Shown in pieces: positions 1-9,388 of a stretch of DNA of 64,000 nucleotides. Source of the stretch: a virus (lineage: Duplodnaviria; Caudoviricetes); the IMG/VR virus record IMGVR_UViG_3300032331_000486, positions 1,022 to 65,021 of that record. One strand, written 5' to 3'. The notes under the pieces were generated by a model. It made no database searches and was not told the origin of the DNA. It worked only from the letters and a program-made list of their open reading frames with translations. The position numbers and the translations under genes were made by a program. The number at the start of each line of letters is the position of its first letter. The first letter of the stretch is position 1.

Positions 1-744
1 GAACCAAGCGTTTGTATCGGTCAAGAAGTGGTTTACAGCGTATCCATCAGGGATAGAACCGTTGTTCTTCAATGCGTTGATATCGTTATCGGTAGTACCG
101 ACGCGCAACTCAGTCTCTAAGAGGCGAGTAGCAACGAACATCAATGATGGAGGAACGATCAGCTTCTTAGGCTTTGCTGCGATCAACAGTCCACGCTCAT
201 CAGTCCACAAGGAGATCTGGATAACGGCGGCTTCCAAAGAAGTCTCGTTCAAATCAGCTGCGGTAGATGGGATGTTGCTGTTAACGCCACCAGTGATCAA
301 GGGATGTGAAGCGCTGAACAAAACTACGCCGTCACCACCGGTATAACCAGCGGTAAAGCCATTGTTCAAGACTGCAGCAGCCTTAACTTGCTTGGTGTAA
401 GCCATAGCACGGGCCAATGCCTTGGTGTAGCGAGCAGACAAGCTGTCGTACAAGTTGTCTTCGATGGCCTCTTCGGTCAGCGAGAAACCCAAAGCGATGG
501 TTTCGTGGTTGTAACGAGCTGTCCATGCTTCTTGAGCATTGTCATAAGCGATGGCAGAGCCTTCGTTCTTGACAGGAGCTGCTGAGAAACCAGACAGTTT
601 TGTTTCTTCTTCAAAGCTACGCTCAGATGTCTCTGTGTCGTAGATCTCTTTGTGCTCTTCGCCGTATTTGGCGTACTCAAGGCCGAACAATGCATTTAGT
701 CCGGGGAGCAACTCTTTAAGTAGTTGTGCGCGTGAAATTGCCAT
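1..744 (-). CDS. Major capsid protein (N-terminal part, runs off the left edge)
   Basis: Manual translation from ATG at 744: MAISRAQLLKELLPGLNALFGLEYAKYGEEHKEIYDTETSERSFEEETKLSGFSAAPVKNEG..., open to position 1, RBS GGAG upstream. Typical major head protein of this phage group, downstream of portal and scaffold. Confidence 0.88.
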   Translation of the reverse strand, partial: MAISRAQLLKELLPGLNALFGLEYAKYGEEHKEIYDTETSERSFEEETKLSGFSAAPVKNEGSAIAYDNAQEAWTARYNHETIALGFSLTEEAIEDNLYDSLSARYTKALARAMAYTKQVKAAAVLNNGFTAGYTGGDGVVLFSASHPLITGGVNSNIPSTAADLNETSLEAAVIQISLWTDERGLLIAAKPKKLIVPPSLMFVATRLLETELRVGTTDNDINALKNNGSIPDGYAVNHFLTDTNAWF

Positions 745-757
745 GATTAATTACTCC

Positions 758-1372
758 TTAAATACCGGTAGTACTGTTGTACTGTGCGGTGTTAAATTTA
801 ACAAGGAACTCGTAATAAGTCGTGGCAGTTGCGTTGGCAGGGCCAGTCGCAGTATCTGGAACAACATCAACTACGCGAACAGGCAACGTATTAGTAGTGT
901 TGGCGGAAGAACCGTCAATACCATAGTACGAGTCACCAGTAGTAGTAGAGCCCACGTTGAGAACCAAAGCCACGTTAGAACCAACAATCGCACGGCTATA
1001 AGCTGTGGGAGTAGTTCCGGCGGCAACAGTAGCAACAACCTTGAATATGGCGCTTGGATCATCCACAACATAGCCGAAAGCCAATGCTGTAGAAGTTGAG
1101 GTAGCAGCTGGGTAATACTGACCCTGAACTGGTTGACCAGAAGAGTTTGTATAAGCACAACCAACCAACACACCAACGACGTTTCCTGAGCTAGTAACAG
1201 TAGAAGCTACTAAGTAGCCGTTTGTGTCAACTTGAACAGTATCGCCGTTGAGGATTGCGGTAGCGTAAGCAGCCGCGATGGGGATTTGACGGATCGCTCC
1301 GGCGTATGGAAGACCATCTAATCGATTTAGAGGTTTGAAGCCATACGTCTTGTTGACGGTGGGATAAGCCAT
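758..1372 (-). CDS. Putative capsid decoration/cement protein
   Basis: 204 aa, Thr/Ala/Gly-rich and beta-rich, immediately upstream of the capsid gene. Confidence 0.6.
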   Translation of the reverse strand: MAYPTVNKTYGFKPLNRLDGLPYAGAIRQIPIAAAYATAILNGDTVQVDTNGYLVASTVTSSGNVVGVLVGCAYTNSSGQPVQGQYYPAATSTSTALAFGYVVDDPSAIFKVVATVAAGTTPTAYSRAIVGSNVALVLNVGSTTTGDSYYGIDGSSANTTNTLPVRVVDVVPDTATGPANATATTYYEFLVKFNTAQYNSTTGI

Positions 1373-1391
1373 TTAAGACTCCTATAAAAAG

Positions 1392-1841
1392 TTAAGCACC
1401 TTTGCCAAAGCTTGTCGAGGACTTGTTCTCTCTAAAGAGAGGCATTCTCGGGTCACTTTGACGCATTAAGCTATTGTCAACAGCTTCGGCTTGAGCGTTG
1501 GCTTGTTTGGCGTAATGTGCATTACGCTGTTCTACCAGCTCTTCCGGAGTCTTGCAGAGCAATAACCCGCCAATTTCGATGTTGTCTTTGAATCGACTAG
1601 TCGGATCGGCTAGCAGTCTGAACTTCGGTTGTTCCTCTAGTGCTACTGGCTCCCAGTGCTCTCTCAGTTTTGCTGAAAGGTTGCGGGGGTCGGCTGCACC
1701 TAAGTTTGAAACACGAATCCAACGGTACCGGTACCCGGGTTCTTTGTCTGGTTCTGGAAGAAGTTCAGCTGGCATCCACTGCTTAGGACGCTCCTCTATT
1801 ACACGTTCTTCAAGTTCCCGAGGTTTTCTGTTTTCAGCCAT
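1392..1841 (-). CDS. Conserved head-region hypothetical protein
   Basis: 149 aa (YRYRWIR...GGLLLCK) between scaffold and capsid genes, abutting its neighbour. Confidence 0.65.
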   Translation of the reverse strand: MAENRKPRELEERVIEERPKQWMPAELLPEPDKEPGYRYRWIRVSNLGAADPRNLSAKLREHWEPVALEEQPKFRLLADPTSRFKDNIEIGGLLLCKTPEELVEQRNAHYAKQANAQAEAVDNSLMRQSDPRMPLFRENKSSTSFGKGA

Positions 1842-2756
1842 TTAGGCCTCCAATTTAAGCATCTCCCTAGCATATTGCTCAGGAGTTAGGTTTAGTTTTT
1901 TAGCGATGTTGAGTTGACTTGTGTTCAACCTGACACGCTTTGAGGATGTGCTGCGGTTGGCTGGAGCCACTACCGAGCTTGGTTTTGTGCCGCGACTTTC
2001 GCCGGGTTTGTTGTTCTCAAATTGCTCTGGGAACCGGTGACGCATCGTTTCATCAATACGTCTGTAATACTCTTGTGAAGAAAGGACTACTCCTTCTTCT
2101 TTTAGTTGTTCGTGCATGGCCAAGGCCATACCTGTCATCAACTTGTCGGCTCCAAACCAAGTATTCTGTTTCTGCCAAGCTACTGCTGAGTTATCAACAG
2201 GCACTCGCTCTGGTTGCCTTGTGGGCGTTTGTACCTCAAACTCTTCGGTTTGTAAAGGCGCTGGTCGGTAATTCTTAACTTTGTCGCGTTTTATAGACGC
2301 TTCGGTTAATTTTTCCTGAGCTTCCATTACCTTTTCGGTGTCCCCAGAGTCATAAGCCTCTCGGTAAGCCCGCTTGGCTGCCTCAAGTTCCAAGTCAACT
2401 GCGCGCTGGATAGACGATAAGACGTTCTTTTCGCTGTCATTTAGCGTGGATTTAAGGCGTTTGTTCTCTTCAATTACCCTTTTAGCCAGCTCAACAGCCT
2501 CATCTTGCTCGCGTCTAGCTGCGTCTTTTTCCCGACGCTCGTCATGCGCCAGCTTTTTCATCTGGATAAGCTTCTTCTTGACCTTGGTCGAGTAGTCTTC
2601 TAGCTCATCGTTGTAGAGTTCTTCTCTAACTTCCTCTGGGAGCGGGTCTTTATTCCGGTCTTCAGTAGGGGTGTCGTCTTCGAATTCGAGTTCTATCTCG
2701 TCATCTACTTTGTCTTTGTCTTCTTTTTCATCGGGGAATTTGTATTCATCTAGCAT
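1842..2756 (-). CDS. Putative capsid scaffolding protein
   Basis: 304 aa, acidic N-terminus, long coiled coil, C-terminal IAKKLNLTPEQYA; lies between portal and capsid. Confidence 0.65.
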   Translation of the reverse strand: MLDEYKFPDEKEDKDKVDDEIELEFEDDTPTEDRNKDPLPEEVREELYNDELEDYSTKVKKKLIQMKKLAHDERREKDAARREQDEAVELAKRVIEENKRLKSTLNDSEKNVLSSIQRAVDLELEAAKRAYREAYDSGDTEKVMEAQEKLTEASIKRDKVKNYRPAPLQTEEFEVQTPTRQPERVPVDNSAVAWQKQNTWFGADKLMTGMALAMHEQLKEEGVVLSSQEYYRRIDETMRHRFPEQFENNKPGESRGTKPSSVVAPANRSTSSKRVRLNTSQLNIAKKLNLTPEQYAREMLKLEA

Positions 2757-2765
2757 TTCTGCTCC

Positions 2766-3179
2766 TTATTTGCGCCGAATTCCGCGTGGATCATCAACGG
2801 TACCTTCAACCGAATCATCATTGATCATTCGGAATTCTTTACCATGGATAACCAATCGGGTTCCAGCATTGGGTCTAATCAAAACAAAGTCACCAACTTG
2901 GCAATAAGGGCCGGTCGGGAAGCGACTTGGGTCCTTGTAGCAGTCTGGCCCCATAGCAACCACGAATAACACGGTTGTCAGGGTTTCTTCAATCATGATA
3001 GTTTCGTCAGCTTTGATGATTCCGCTGTCAAACTCTTTGTCCTGCTCAGGGATGGCGCACAGAATGCGGTATCCAGAGGGGGTAGGGAGTTGTTTGGCTT
3101 TCTCGTCTGCTGTCTTGTGCAATAGTCCTGTTAGGTCAATTGCTTTCAGTAAATCTACTGATTCACTCGTCATCGTCAT
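2766..3179 (-). CDS. groES: GroES-like co-chaperonin
   Basis: PSGYRIL...SGII...VVAMGPDCY...VGDFVL...GKEFRMINDDSVEG match the Cpn10 pattern. Confidence 0.8.
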   Translation of the reverse strand: MTMTSESVDLLKAIDLTGLLHKTADEKAKQLPTPSGYRILCAIPEQDKEFDSGIIKADETIMIEETLTTVLFVVAMGPDCYKDPSRFPTGPYCQVGDFVLIRPNAGTRLVIHGKEFRMINDDSVEGTVDDPRGIRRK

Positions 3180-3363
3180 CTTGTTTTAGTCTTTCGTGTA
3201 GGTCTTGGATGAAGGAACGCGCGGTGAGAAGACCTTTAATCTCTCCGCACATCTTTTTGTACTCCGAAAAGTCGTTGGCATTTCCATCTGCCATGGCTTC
3301 TTGAAGTTGCAAAATCTTGTCATTAACCTTGCCGGTCAAGTGTTCTAGGTACTTGTCAATCAT
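3163..3363 (-). CDS. Small conserved hypothetical protein
   Basis: 66 aa (YKKMCGEIKGL), overlaps both neighbours. Confidence 0.7.
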   Translation of the reverse strand: MIDKYLEHLTGKVNDKILQLQEAMADGNANDFSEYKKMCGEIKGLLTARSFIQDLHERLKQDDDDE

Positions 3364-5819
3364 TGATTAACCTTTCGTTGCGCCTCTCTTTGCACAGCCA
3401 ACTGGGCATTTGTCTTGGCAGCATCTACACCGAGGCGTAGGCGTTCCAGACCAGCGGCTTGGCTCTGAGAGCTGCCATGCTTTTGGGTATCGGCTTGGAT
3501 ACGCAAGAGATCGACTTCTTTCTGATTCGCAATACGAGTGGACTCGTTGGCGATTTGGGCTTGCTTGGCTTGAGCTTCGGCCATGACCTTTTGCTCTTTG
3601 ATGCCAACGTCTTTTTCTTTGATGGCCAATTCCTTTTGTTGCATCTGAACAAGTGGATCTTGTGCCAACTGCTGGTTCTTCTGTTGTGCTGCCTCGGCTT
3701 TGTTTTCGTCGAGTAGCTGTTTGCTGGCCTGAGCGATAAGCTTGGACAGCTCGTTTTCCACTTCGGCGGGGAGATGTTTTCCGGGTTCTGGGAGGGTGAC
3801 CCCCATCTGCTTTTCGATCTCGTTGCGGTAGTGGAAACCCAAATGCTCGGCAATATGGGCTTGTAATGACGCCATGATTTGGTTGGCCTGTGGGTTTTGA
3901 CCAATCGTTTGCATGATGTTGGGATCCTGCAAGAACGCTTGATGTACGGCGATGTGCGCGTCTTGATCCTGAGTGATAAACGCCTTCATAGGTTTACCCT
4001 TGAGTGCGTTCATGTTCTCTGAGACTGGATCAATTGGGCGCTCGTCATCCTCTAGGGGGACTAGCTTCTGTGCGTTCTTAATACCCAGCACATCCAACAT
4101 CTGGCGATGCAGCTGGGGGAGGTCATAGATCTGTGGAGCTTGTTGCGCCAGCTGGATCACCGCTTGATACTGAACGATCTTCTGCGCCATGGTTGCGGCG
4201 TTTGGATCGCTCACTGGGATGACGTCAACTAGATCGTAATCAGATTGTTTAGCAGTCTTCTTGCCTTCGACTGGCTCATAAGAGTAATCAGGCGGTGTAT
4301 AGTCGCGGATGATGTCTCTTAATAGACCCAGCTCTTGTTTAAAGGAGTAGTGAATGCGCGCTTGTACGGCAGTCATCACTTTTAAAGAGCGCTCTAAGAT
4401 TGCAAGGGTTGTTCCAACTGGGGAGTTGGCAGACATATCGGCAACTTGAATGTCAGCGGCCGAGGCAAAGCGTCTTCCTTCTTCTACAATCTTGTCGAGT
4501 AGCGTAGCAAGAACTTGGCTTGGCTCTTTGTAAGGCAAAGCCATGATGTTGTCTTTAATAGCTCCGCTTGGAACGTCAACATCCCTCCACTCGCCCGGCC
4601 CAATAGGAGTGTCATCTCCCTTAGTGCGTAGGCCACGGGTTTTGAAGCCGCCGGGTAGGTTGGATAAAGTTCCAGCATCGACTAACTGTCTCAGAATGGA
4701 TGTTCCTGACTTGGCAAACGCTCCAACTAAGTGGATTAAGCCAAAACAGTAGAAACCAAAGCCCGGAACGTAGCCGTAGTGGACGTAATGCTGGCGCTTT
4801 TGGTGTTTTTTGTCCTCTGGACGCCAGTTTCTGCGGATAGCCAGACATTTTTGGCTTCCCTTTTCCACTGTAACAATATACGGCAGTGCAATCCCAGTAG
4901 GATTACCGTCTTCGTCCTTGTGCTCAAACCCTTCGAGGTCTAAGTTCACATTCATCTCGAGAATTTTGTATCTGTCGTCTGAAGTGGCCTTAAATCCCAT
5001 CTTCTCGGCGATCTTTTTTTCTACTTCATCAAGCATATTCTCTGGTTCGCCCAGATCAATGTCCAAATAGAAGCCGTCTACCTGTAGTTTTCGTAGATCG
5101 TTTTCTGTTTTACGCATAACGTGGGTTACGCGCTCAGAAGTTTCGATATCAGAAGCCCCATAAGGGACGACTATGTCTTCTGCCGGCACAAAAATAGACG
5201 TCTGACGGTCTTTTGTGGGGTCAAAGTAGACTTTCTTGAACGCATTTCCTGACAAGCCCAAGCCCCACAGCATTCTTTCATGCTCAGGACGGAACTCTGT
5301 CATGCGATCTGTGAGCTCATAGTTCATATCGTCTTGAACTCGAGTCGCAGCGTCTTTTTTTTCCTGAGTTTCTTTGCCAACAATCTGAGTTTTTACAGGC
5401 CCAGCGGCTGGGAAAGTGCTCATCATGATCTCGGCTTGGAACTTAACCAGAGCTTCGGAGAGTAGGGGGTGATAAACACCACAAGCGCCAATCCATGGAT
5501 CAGCTCTTTCCTCTATCTTCATGCCCAAAAGCTCTAGACCATCGACGTAGGTCTGCATCCAGTCTTTTCTGGAGGAGACGTCGTCTTCAAAATCGGAGAT
5601 TAAGTCTTGGACAATGTTGGCAACAACATCATCGGGAAGAGTCTCGGCAAGGTTTTCGTCAAAGTCCTCTATCTCGTCGCCTCCTCCTAGAGTAATCTCC
5701 ATATCACCTAATGTGATACTGAGTTCTTCGGGGTCAACAACTTCAATCTCAATATCAGGCTCGCCTGTATCTAGAGATTCCAAACCTTCCGGCGCTTCGT
5801 ATAGACTTTTTTCAATCAT
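3360..5819 (-). CDS. Portal protein
   Basis: 819 aa directly downstream of TerL; HPLLSEALVKFQA, GNAFKKVYFD, FYCFGLIH; Gln-rich C-terminal coiled coil as in P22-like portals. Confidence 0.85.
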   Translation of the reverse strand: MIEKSLYEAPEGLESLDTGEPDIEIEVVDPEELSITLGDMEITLGGGDEIEDFDENLAETLPDDVVANIVQDLISDFEDDVSSRKDWMQTYVDGLELLGMKIEERADPWIGACGVYHPLLSEALVKFQAEIMMSTFPAAGPVKTQIVGKETQEKKDAATRVQDDMNYELTDRMTEFRPEHERMLWGLGLSGNAFKKVYFDPTKDRQTSIFVPAEDIVVPYGASDIETSERVTHVMRKTENDLRKLQVDGFYLDIDLGEPENMLDEVEKKIAEKMGFKATSDDRYKILEMNVNLDLEGFEHKDEDGNPTGIALPYIVTVEKGSQKCLAIRRNWRPEDKKHQKRQHYVHYGYVPGFGFYCFGLIHLVGAFAKSGTSILRQLVDAGTLSNLPGGFKTRGLRTKGDDTPIGPGEWRDVDVPSGAIKDNIMALPYKEPSQVLATLLDKIVEEGRRFASAADIQVADMSANSPVGTTLAILERSLKVMTAVQARIHYSFKQELGLLRDIIRDYTPPDYSYEPVEGKKTAKQSDYDLVDVIPVSDPNAATMAQKIVQYQAVIQLAQQAPQIYDLPQLHRQMLDVLGIKNAQKLVPLEDDERPIDPVSENMNALKGKPMKAFITQDQDAHIAVHQAFLQDPNIMQTIGQNPQANQIMASLQAHIAEHLGFHYRNEIEKQMGVTLPEPGKHLPAEVENELSKLIAQASKQLLDENKAEAAQQKNQQLAQDPLVQMQQKELAIKEKDVGIKEQKVMAEAQAKQAQIANESTRIANQKEVDLLRIQADTQKHGSSQSQAAGLERLRLGVDAAKTNAQLAVQREAQRKVNQ

Positions 5820-5827
5820 GATCGTCC

Positions 5828-7336
5828 TTAGTAATATGCCATCTTGCGCCTGAATCTTAGAGGCTCATCTTCCTCGTCACTATTCAAACGTAAAAAACCA
5901 CCCTTCCTGAATCTGATAAGAGCTTGGGTAGTAGAGTCAACTAAGTCGTCGTGGTCTGAATTTGGAAATGCTGCCATCTCTTCTATCAGCTCATCAGCCC
6001 ATCTTGTAGACGGAGCCCACACTTTACCGCTCGCAAATAAGTCAGATACAGAATTGATCCTCACCATCTTATCATTCCCTCTGCTAGGAGTAAATTCAGA
6101 TACTGGGATCCCCATCGCTCTCAACTCAAAAATAAGAGGCGCGCCAGAAGCTTTGGCTTCCACGATAAAGGCGTCTGGTTCCCACTCCTTATAGTGGTTA
6201 AACGCTTTCTCCTTTAGCTCAGGAAACTCCATCCTCTTCTTGAACGCATCCAACAGGATCACGTTAGGGTCATTGGGGTTTTCGTTTTTGTAGAACACCC
6301 CCCAAGTCGTACAGGCTGAGTAGTCGCTTCTCTCGGATTTGGTAAACGCTGTGTCCCAGCTCTGGATGATGAACTCACATACGGGAGGTCGGTCTGGCTC
6401 CCATATCTTCCACCACTCTCGTTTAACAATCGCGCCCTCTTCTGATGTTGGGCTTTGTTGGTACTGGGCGTTCCACTTTCCCGCAGGGAGTTCTGACTGT
6501 AGAGCCAACAACTCTTCAAGTGACCAGAACTCTGGCCATAGAGGATTTCCGCTCGGAAGAATGGCGGGGAAGTCTATGACCTCCCAGTCGTCGTTTCCGT
6601 CTTTATCGACAGAAGATTGGATGATGCGGCCGGTCAGGTCTTTCTTTGACCAGCGCGTCATAACTACGACGATGGATCCACCCGGCTGGAGACGCTGCCT
6701 TGGCCCAGACGTATACCACTCATAGACCTTATCGAAAATCTCTGGACTTGTAGCTGCTAGCGCGGCTTCTTGTTCTGAGTGCGGGTCATCAATAATGAGG
6801 AGATCCGCTCCTTTACCAGTAACGGTACCCCCAACACCAATAGCAAAATACTCGCCACCAGCATTAGTAGCCCATCGGCCAGCAGCCTTACTATCAGACC
6901 TAAGATTGACGTTTGGAAAGATTTTTGCATATTGTTCCGAATCCACTAAGTTCCTGACCTTACGCCCAAAACCCACTGCAAGTTCCGCTGTATTAGAAGT
7001 CTGGATGATCTTTTTACCGGGGTACTTCCCCAAGAACCACGCGGGCAAAAGGAAAGACGCAAACTCTGACTTCGTATGCCGAGGAGGCATATTAATGATC
7101 AGGCGCTTTATTTTTCCTTCTGCGATCTCTTGGAACTTTTTTGCCATGACCTTGTGGTGGCGTCCGTCAATGAACCCCGGCCACATCTCTTTGACAAACT
7201 TATTGAAGTCAACCTGAGCTTTCTCCCTCTTCAGAGATGCCTCGTATTCCGCCAAAGACTCAAAGAAAGCCTCTTGCTCATTGATTGGAAGCTTAGAGAT
7301 CTTCTCTGTGATCGCGTCAATATTCATTTGCCGCAC
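5828..7336 (-). CDS. terL: Terminase large subunit
   Basis: Walker A-like NMPPRHTKSE, Walker B LLIIDDP, VMTRW, nuclease motifs SWDTA and HDDLVDS. Confidence 0.95.
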   Translation of the reverse strand: MRQMNIDAITEKISKLPINEQEAFFESLAEYEASLKREKAQVDFNKFVKEMWPGFIDGRHHKVMAKKFQEIAEGKIKRLIINMPPRHTKSEFASFLLPAWFLGKYPGKKIIQTSNTAELAVGFGRKVRNLVDSEQYAKIFPNVNLRSDSKAAGRWATNAGGEYFAIGVGGTVTGKGADLLIIDDPHSEQEAALAATSPEIFDKVYEWYTSGPRQRLQPGGSIVVVMTRWSKKDLTGRIIQSSVDKDGNDDWEVIDFPAILPSGNPLWPEFWSLEELLALQSELPAGKWNAQYQQSPTSEEGAIVKREWWKIWEPDRPPVCEFIIQSWDTAFTKSERSDYSACTTWGVFYKNENPNDPNVILLDAFKKRMEFPELKEKAFNHYKEWEPDAFIVEAKASGAPLIFELRAMGIPVSEFTPSRGNDKMVRINSVSDLFASGKVWAPSTRWADELIEEMAAFPNSDHDDLVDSTTQALIRFRKGGFLRLNSDEEDEPLRFRRKMAYY

Positions 7337-7587
7337 GGCCCGAGAGCTTCTAAGTATTCTTCGTCTGTGGGCATGACAACTACTTTGCTCTGAGTCTCAA
7401 TCCAAACATGCGCTCCACAGGACAGTGGTTTATCGGGAGAGTAGACAATTTTGCTAGGGCCTAAGACGCTCACCTCATGGGCGTATCTGTTGTCCTTGTA
7501 AGTCTTTACAGTCAGGACTGGCTCATTCGCCCCACTCTTTCTGTTGGACTTTATAACGTGCTGGTTCACATGGATGATTGTCTTCAT
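7324..7587 (-). CDS. Hypothetical phage protein
   Basis: 87 aa (IHVNQHVIK...PLSCGAHVWIET), coupled to neighbours. Confidence 0.7.
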   Translation of the reverse strand: MKTIIHVNQHVIKSNRKSGANEPVLTVKTYKDNRYAHEVSVLGPSKIVYSPDKPLSCGAHVWIETQSKVVVMPTDEEYLEALGPCGK

Positions 7588-7817
7588 GAAAGACTTCTGA
7601 ACTTTACATAGCTAGGACGAATAGACCGCGCGCTCTTAGCTAGTCTCTTACACGCACCCATCTCTACTAGCTTCTTCATAGTCCTGTGGACATTACCCCT
7701 ACCTTTATCCCCCGTCATAAACATAACGTCATCCACAGTCGGGCCGTAACCAAACTTTTTCCACCATTCGTCTATAACTAAATATATAGTTCTCTGTTTC
7801 TCAGTCATATCATTCAC
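7584..7817 (-). CDS. LexA-type winged-HTH DNA-binding protein (no peptidase domain)
   Basis: MTEKQRTIY...FGYGPTVDDV...VHRTMKKLVEMG...ARSIR resembles the LexA N-terminal domain. Confidence 0.75.
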   Translation of the reverse strand: MNDMTEKQRTIYLVIDEWWKKFGYGPTVDDVMFMTGDKGRGNVHRTMKKLVEMGACKRLAKSARSIRPSYVKFRSLS

Positions 7818-7818
7818 T

Positions 7819-7848
7819 TGTAATACTTTTAGGGTGGAACAAGTTCCA
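7819..7848. repeat. 30-bp inverted repeat, copy 1 (contains TGGAACAAGTTCCA)
   Basis: Reverse complement matches 9253-9282 at 28/30 positions. Confidence 0.85.
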
Positions 7849-7850
7849 AT

Positions 7851-8150
7851 CTAATGTTTCCAAAAAATCACGGGCGTTCTCTCACCCATATAAGCACCTT
7901 CGATATTGAACTCAATGTACTCAATAGCCTCAAACTGCTCCATACCGTCGCGCTCCATAAGGATGTCAACTATCTCATCGCCGCTATAGACAAGCACATC
8001 TACTCGAGTGTTATCTCTCCATATACAGGCAGTACCAATAGCAGCTTCATCAAAGCCATCTATCTTCAGTAGATCGGAATCCAACTCATCAAAATCAATC
8101 ATGTGTTTCTCCAAAAATATACCCCCCACCCCTTTTGTATTAGAAAACAT
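7851..8150 (-). CDS. Hypothetical phage protein (acidic; start may be the internal ATG near 8102)
   Basis: LKIDGFDEAAIG...EAIEYIEFNIEGAYMGERTP is a common phage small-protein pattern. Confidence 0.7.
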   Translation of the reverse strand: MFSNTKGVGGIFLEKHMIDFDELDSDLLKIDGFDEAAIGTACIWRDNTRVDVLVYSGDEIVDILMERDGMEQFEAIEYIEFNIEGAYMGERTPVIFWKH

Positions 8151-8158
8151 AAGGGGGC

Positions 8159-8932
8159 CTAATCCATATCCTCGAACTTCTCTGTAGTCTGGCCAATTTC
8201 AGAGGCATCCACCCGGAAGCTTTTTTCTGAAAATTTTTGTACTTTTGAAATTTCTTGTGATCGAATGTCTGAAACAGTATGTGAACCAGACACCCACGCG
8301 GGCGCGTCGATTTGGGGCTCCGCCCCCTCGGTGGGGGCGCTGGGATCCGCAATCGTAGAGGCTGGGGCTGGCGCAAGTTCCGCTAGCAATGATTGCGCGC
8401 TGTCGTCTTCTACTAGCTTAGAGTCCACATCGATAGCTGTGCCTAGCGTTGCGAGTAGGCGCGCTCTGATATCTGTGCTCCGATTGATTGTCGTGATCTC
8501 TTTGCGTTCCACGAATGCTCCGACCTCGTACAGTTGGCCTAACAGGCGTAAGCACTGGACACGCGCGCTCGGTGGGAAGTCATCGTCCAAGCTATGTTGC
8601 ACCAGCTGTTGGACAAGCAATGCCTTCAATTGAGTAGGAGTTCTATGTTTCTCTGCCTCTATTGCCAGCTTATACGCCTCGACTTCCGTTTGGATTCGGG
8701 TATCACGGCTCAGGCGACAAGCATTATCCCCTTGAGTCTTGACACTTCCCTTAGTGTTATAGCTCTCTCTGTAGCTTTGTGCCTTAGTCTTACCTAGTGC
8801 GAGATTGCGGGCGAATTCCCTTTGCTTACTGGTTAAGTTGGCTTTCTTATTGGCTCCGCTACTTAGCAAGCTCTCTATCGGGATCTGTTCTAACCCTTCT
8901 TTAATCTGCGCGCGCGTTAGTTTCTGTGGCAT
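8159..8932 (-). CDS. Terminase small subunit-like protein
   Basis: LTSKQREFARNLALGKTKAQSYRESY HTH pattern, upstream of terL; start placed at MPQKLT (8932). Confidence 0.65.
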   Translation of the reverse strand: MPQKLTRAQIKEGLEQIPIESLLSSGANKKANLTSKQREFARNLALGKTKAQSYRESYNTKGSVKTQGDNACRLSRDTRIQTEVEAYKLAIEAEKHRTPTQLKALLVQQLVQHSLDDDFPPSARVQCLRLLGQLYEVGAFVERKEITTINRSTDIRARLLATLGTAIDVDSKLVEDDSAQSLLAELAPAPASTIADPSAPTEGAEPQIDAPAWVSGSHTVSDIRSQEISKVQKFSEKSFRVDASEIGQTTEKFEDMD

Positions 8933-9055
8933 TGTGTTTCCATAGGTATATCTGAGGAATAACCCCAAGCATAACCAAACCCGCGCTCTAATGCAAAGCA
9001 CCCTTACATTTACCAGCTGTGCCAGTCTATGTATCTGTAACTACTGGACACACTC

Positions 9056-9223
9056 ATGATCTACCTAATCTTCACCCTTGGCTTTGTATCCTTCGCGCTC
9101 TGTGCTCTCGGAGCTGTACTCTCTAGTGACCACGACCGACGCCAAGCTGAGATCCGCGCGCGCGCTCAAGCTGAGTTGGATGCACTCACACACGACAGGG
9201 ATAAGCTCGCTAGCACTCTGTAA
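9056..9223 (+). CDS. Small membrane protein (55 aa, not in ORF track)
   Basis: MIYLIFTLGFVSFALCALGAVLSSDHDRRQAEIRARAQAELDALTHDRDKLASTL: TM helix plus short coiled coil. Confidence 0.5.
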   Translation: MIYLIFTLGFVSFALCALGAVLSSDHDRRQAEIRARAQAELDALTHDRDKLASTL

Positions 9224-9252
9224 ACCCAAGCATTACAAAAAGCGCTGCAAAC

Positions 9253-9282
9253 TGGAACAAGTTCCACCCTAAAAGTATTACA
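9253..9282. repeat. 30-bp inverted repeat, copy 2
   Basis: TGGAACAAGTTCCACCCTAAAAGTATTACA; partner at 7819-7848. Confidence 0.85.
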
Positions 9283-9307
9283 GGGTAAGTCCCTATAAAA
9301 ATAATGC

Positions 9308-9337
9308 TTGACAAACCATGTCAACGCCATACATGAT
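9308..9337 (+). promoter_or_regulatory. Putative sigma70 early promoter with overlapping palindrome
   Basis: TTGACA (9308-9313), 18 bp, CATGAT; TTGACA-N5-TGTCAA palindrome at 9308-9324; RBS AAGGAG precedes ATG 9389. Confidence 0.55.
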
Positions 9338-9388
9338 AGAGGCGTTAGTCATGTGTTGTGCCTAACAAACCTACCATAAAGGAGTCAG

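Noticed and set aside
62-1099. Plus-strand and alternative-frame ORFs over the capsid region
   Set aside because: Shadows of the real minus-strand capsid (1-744) and decoration genes
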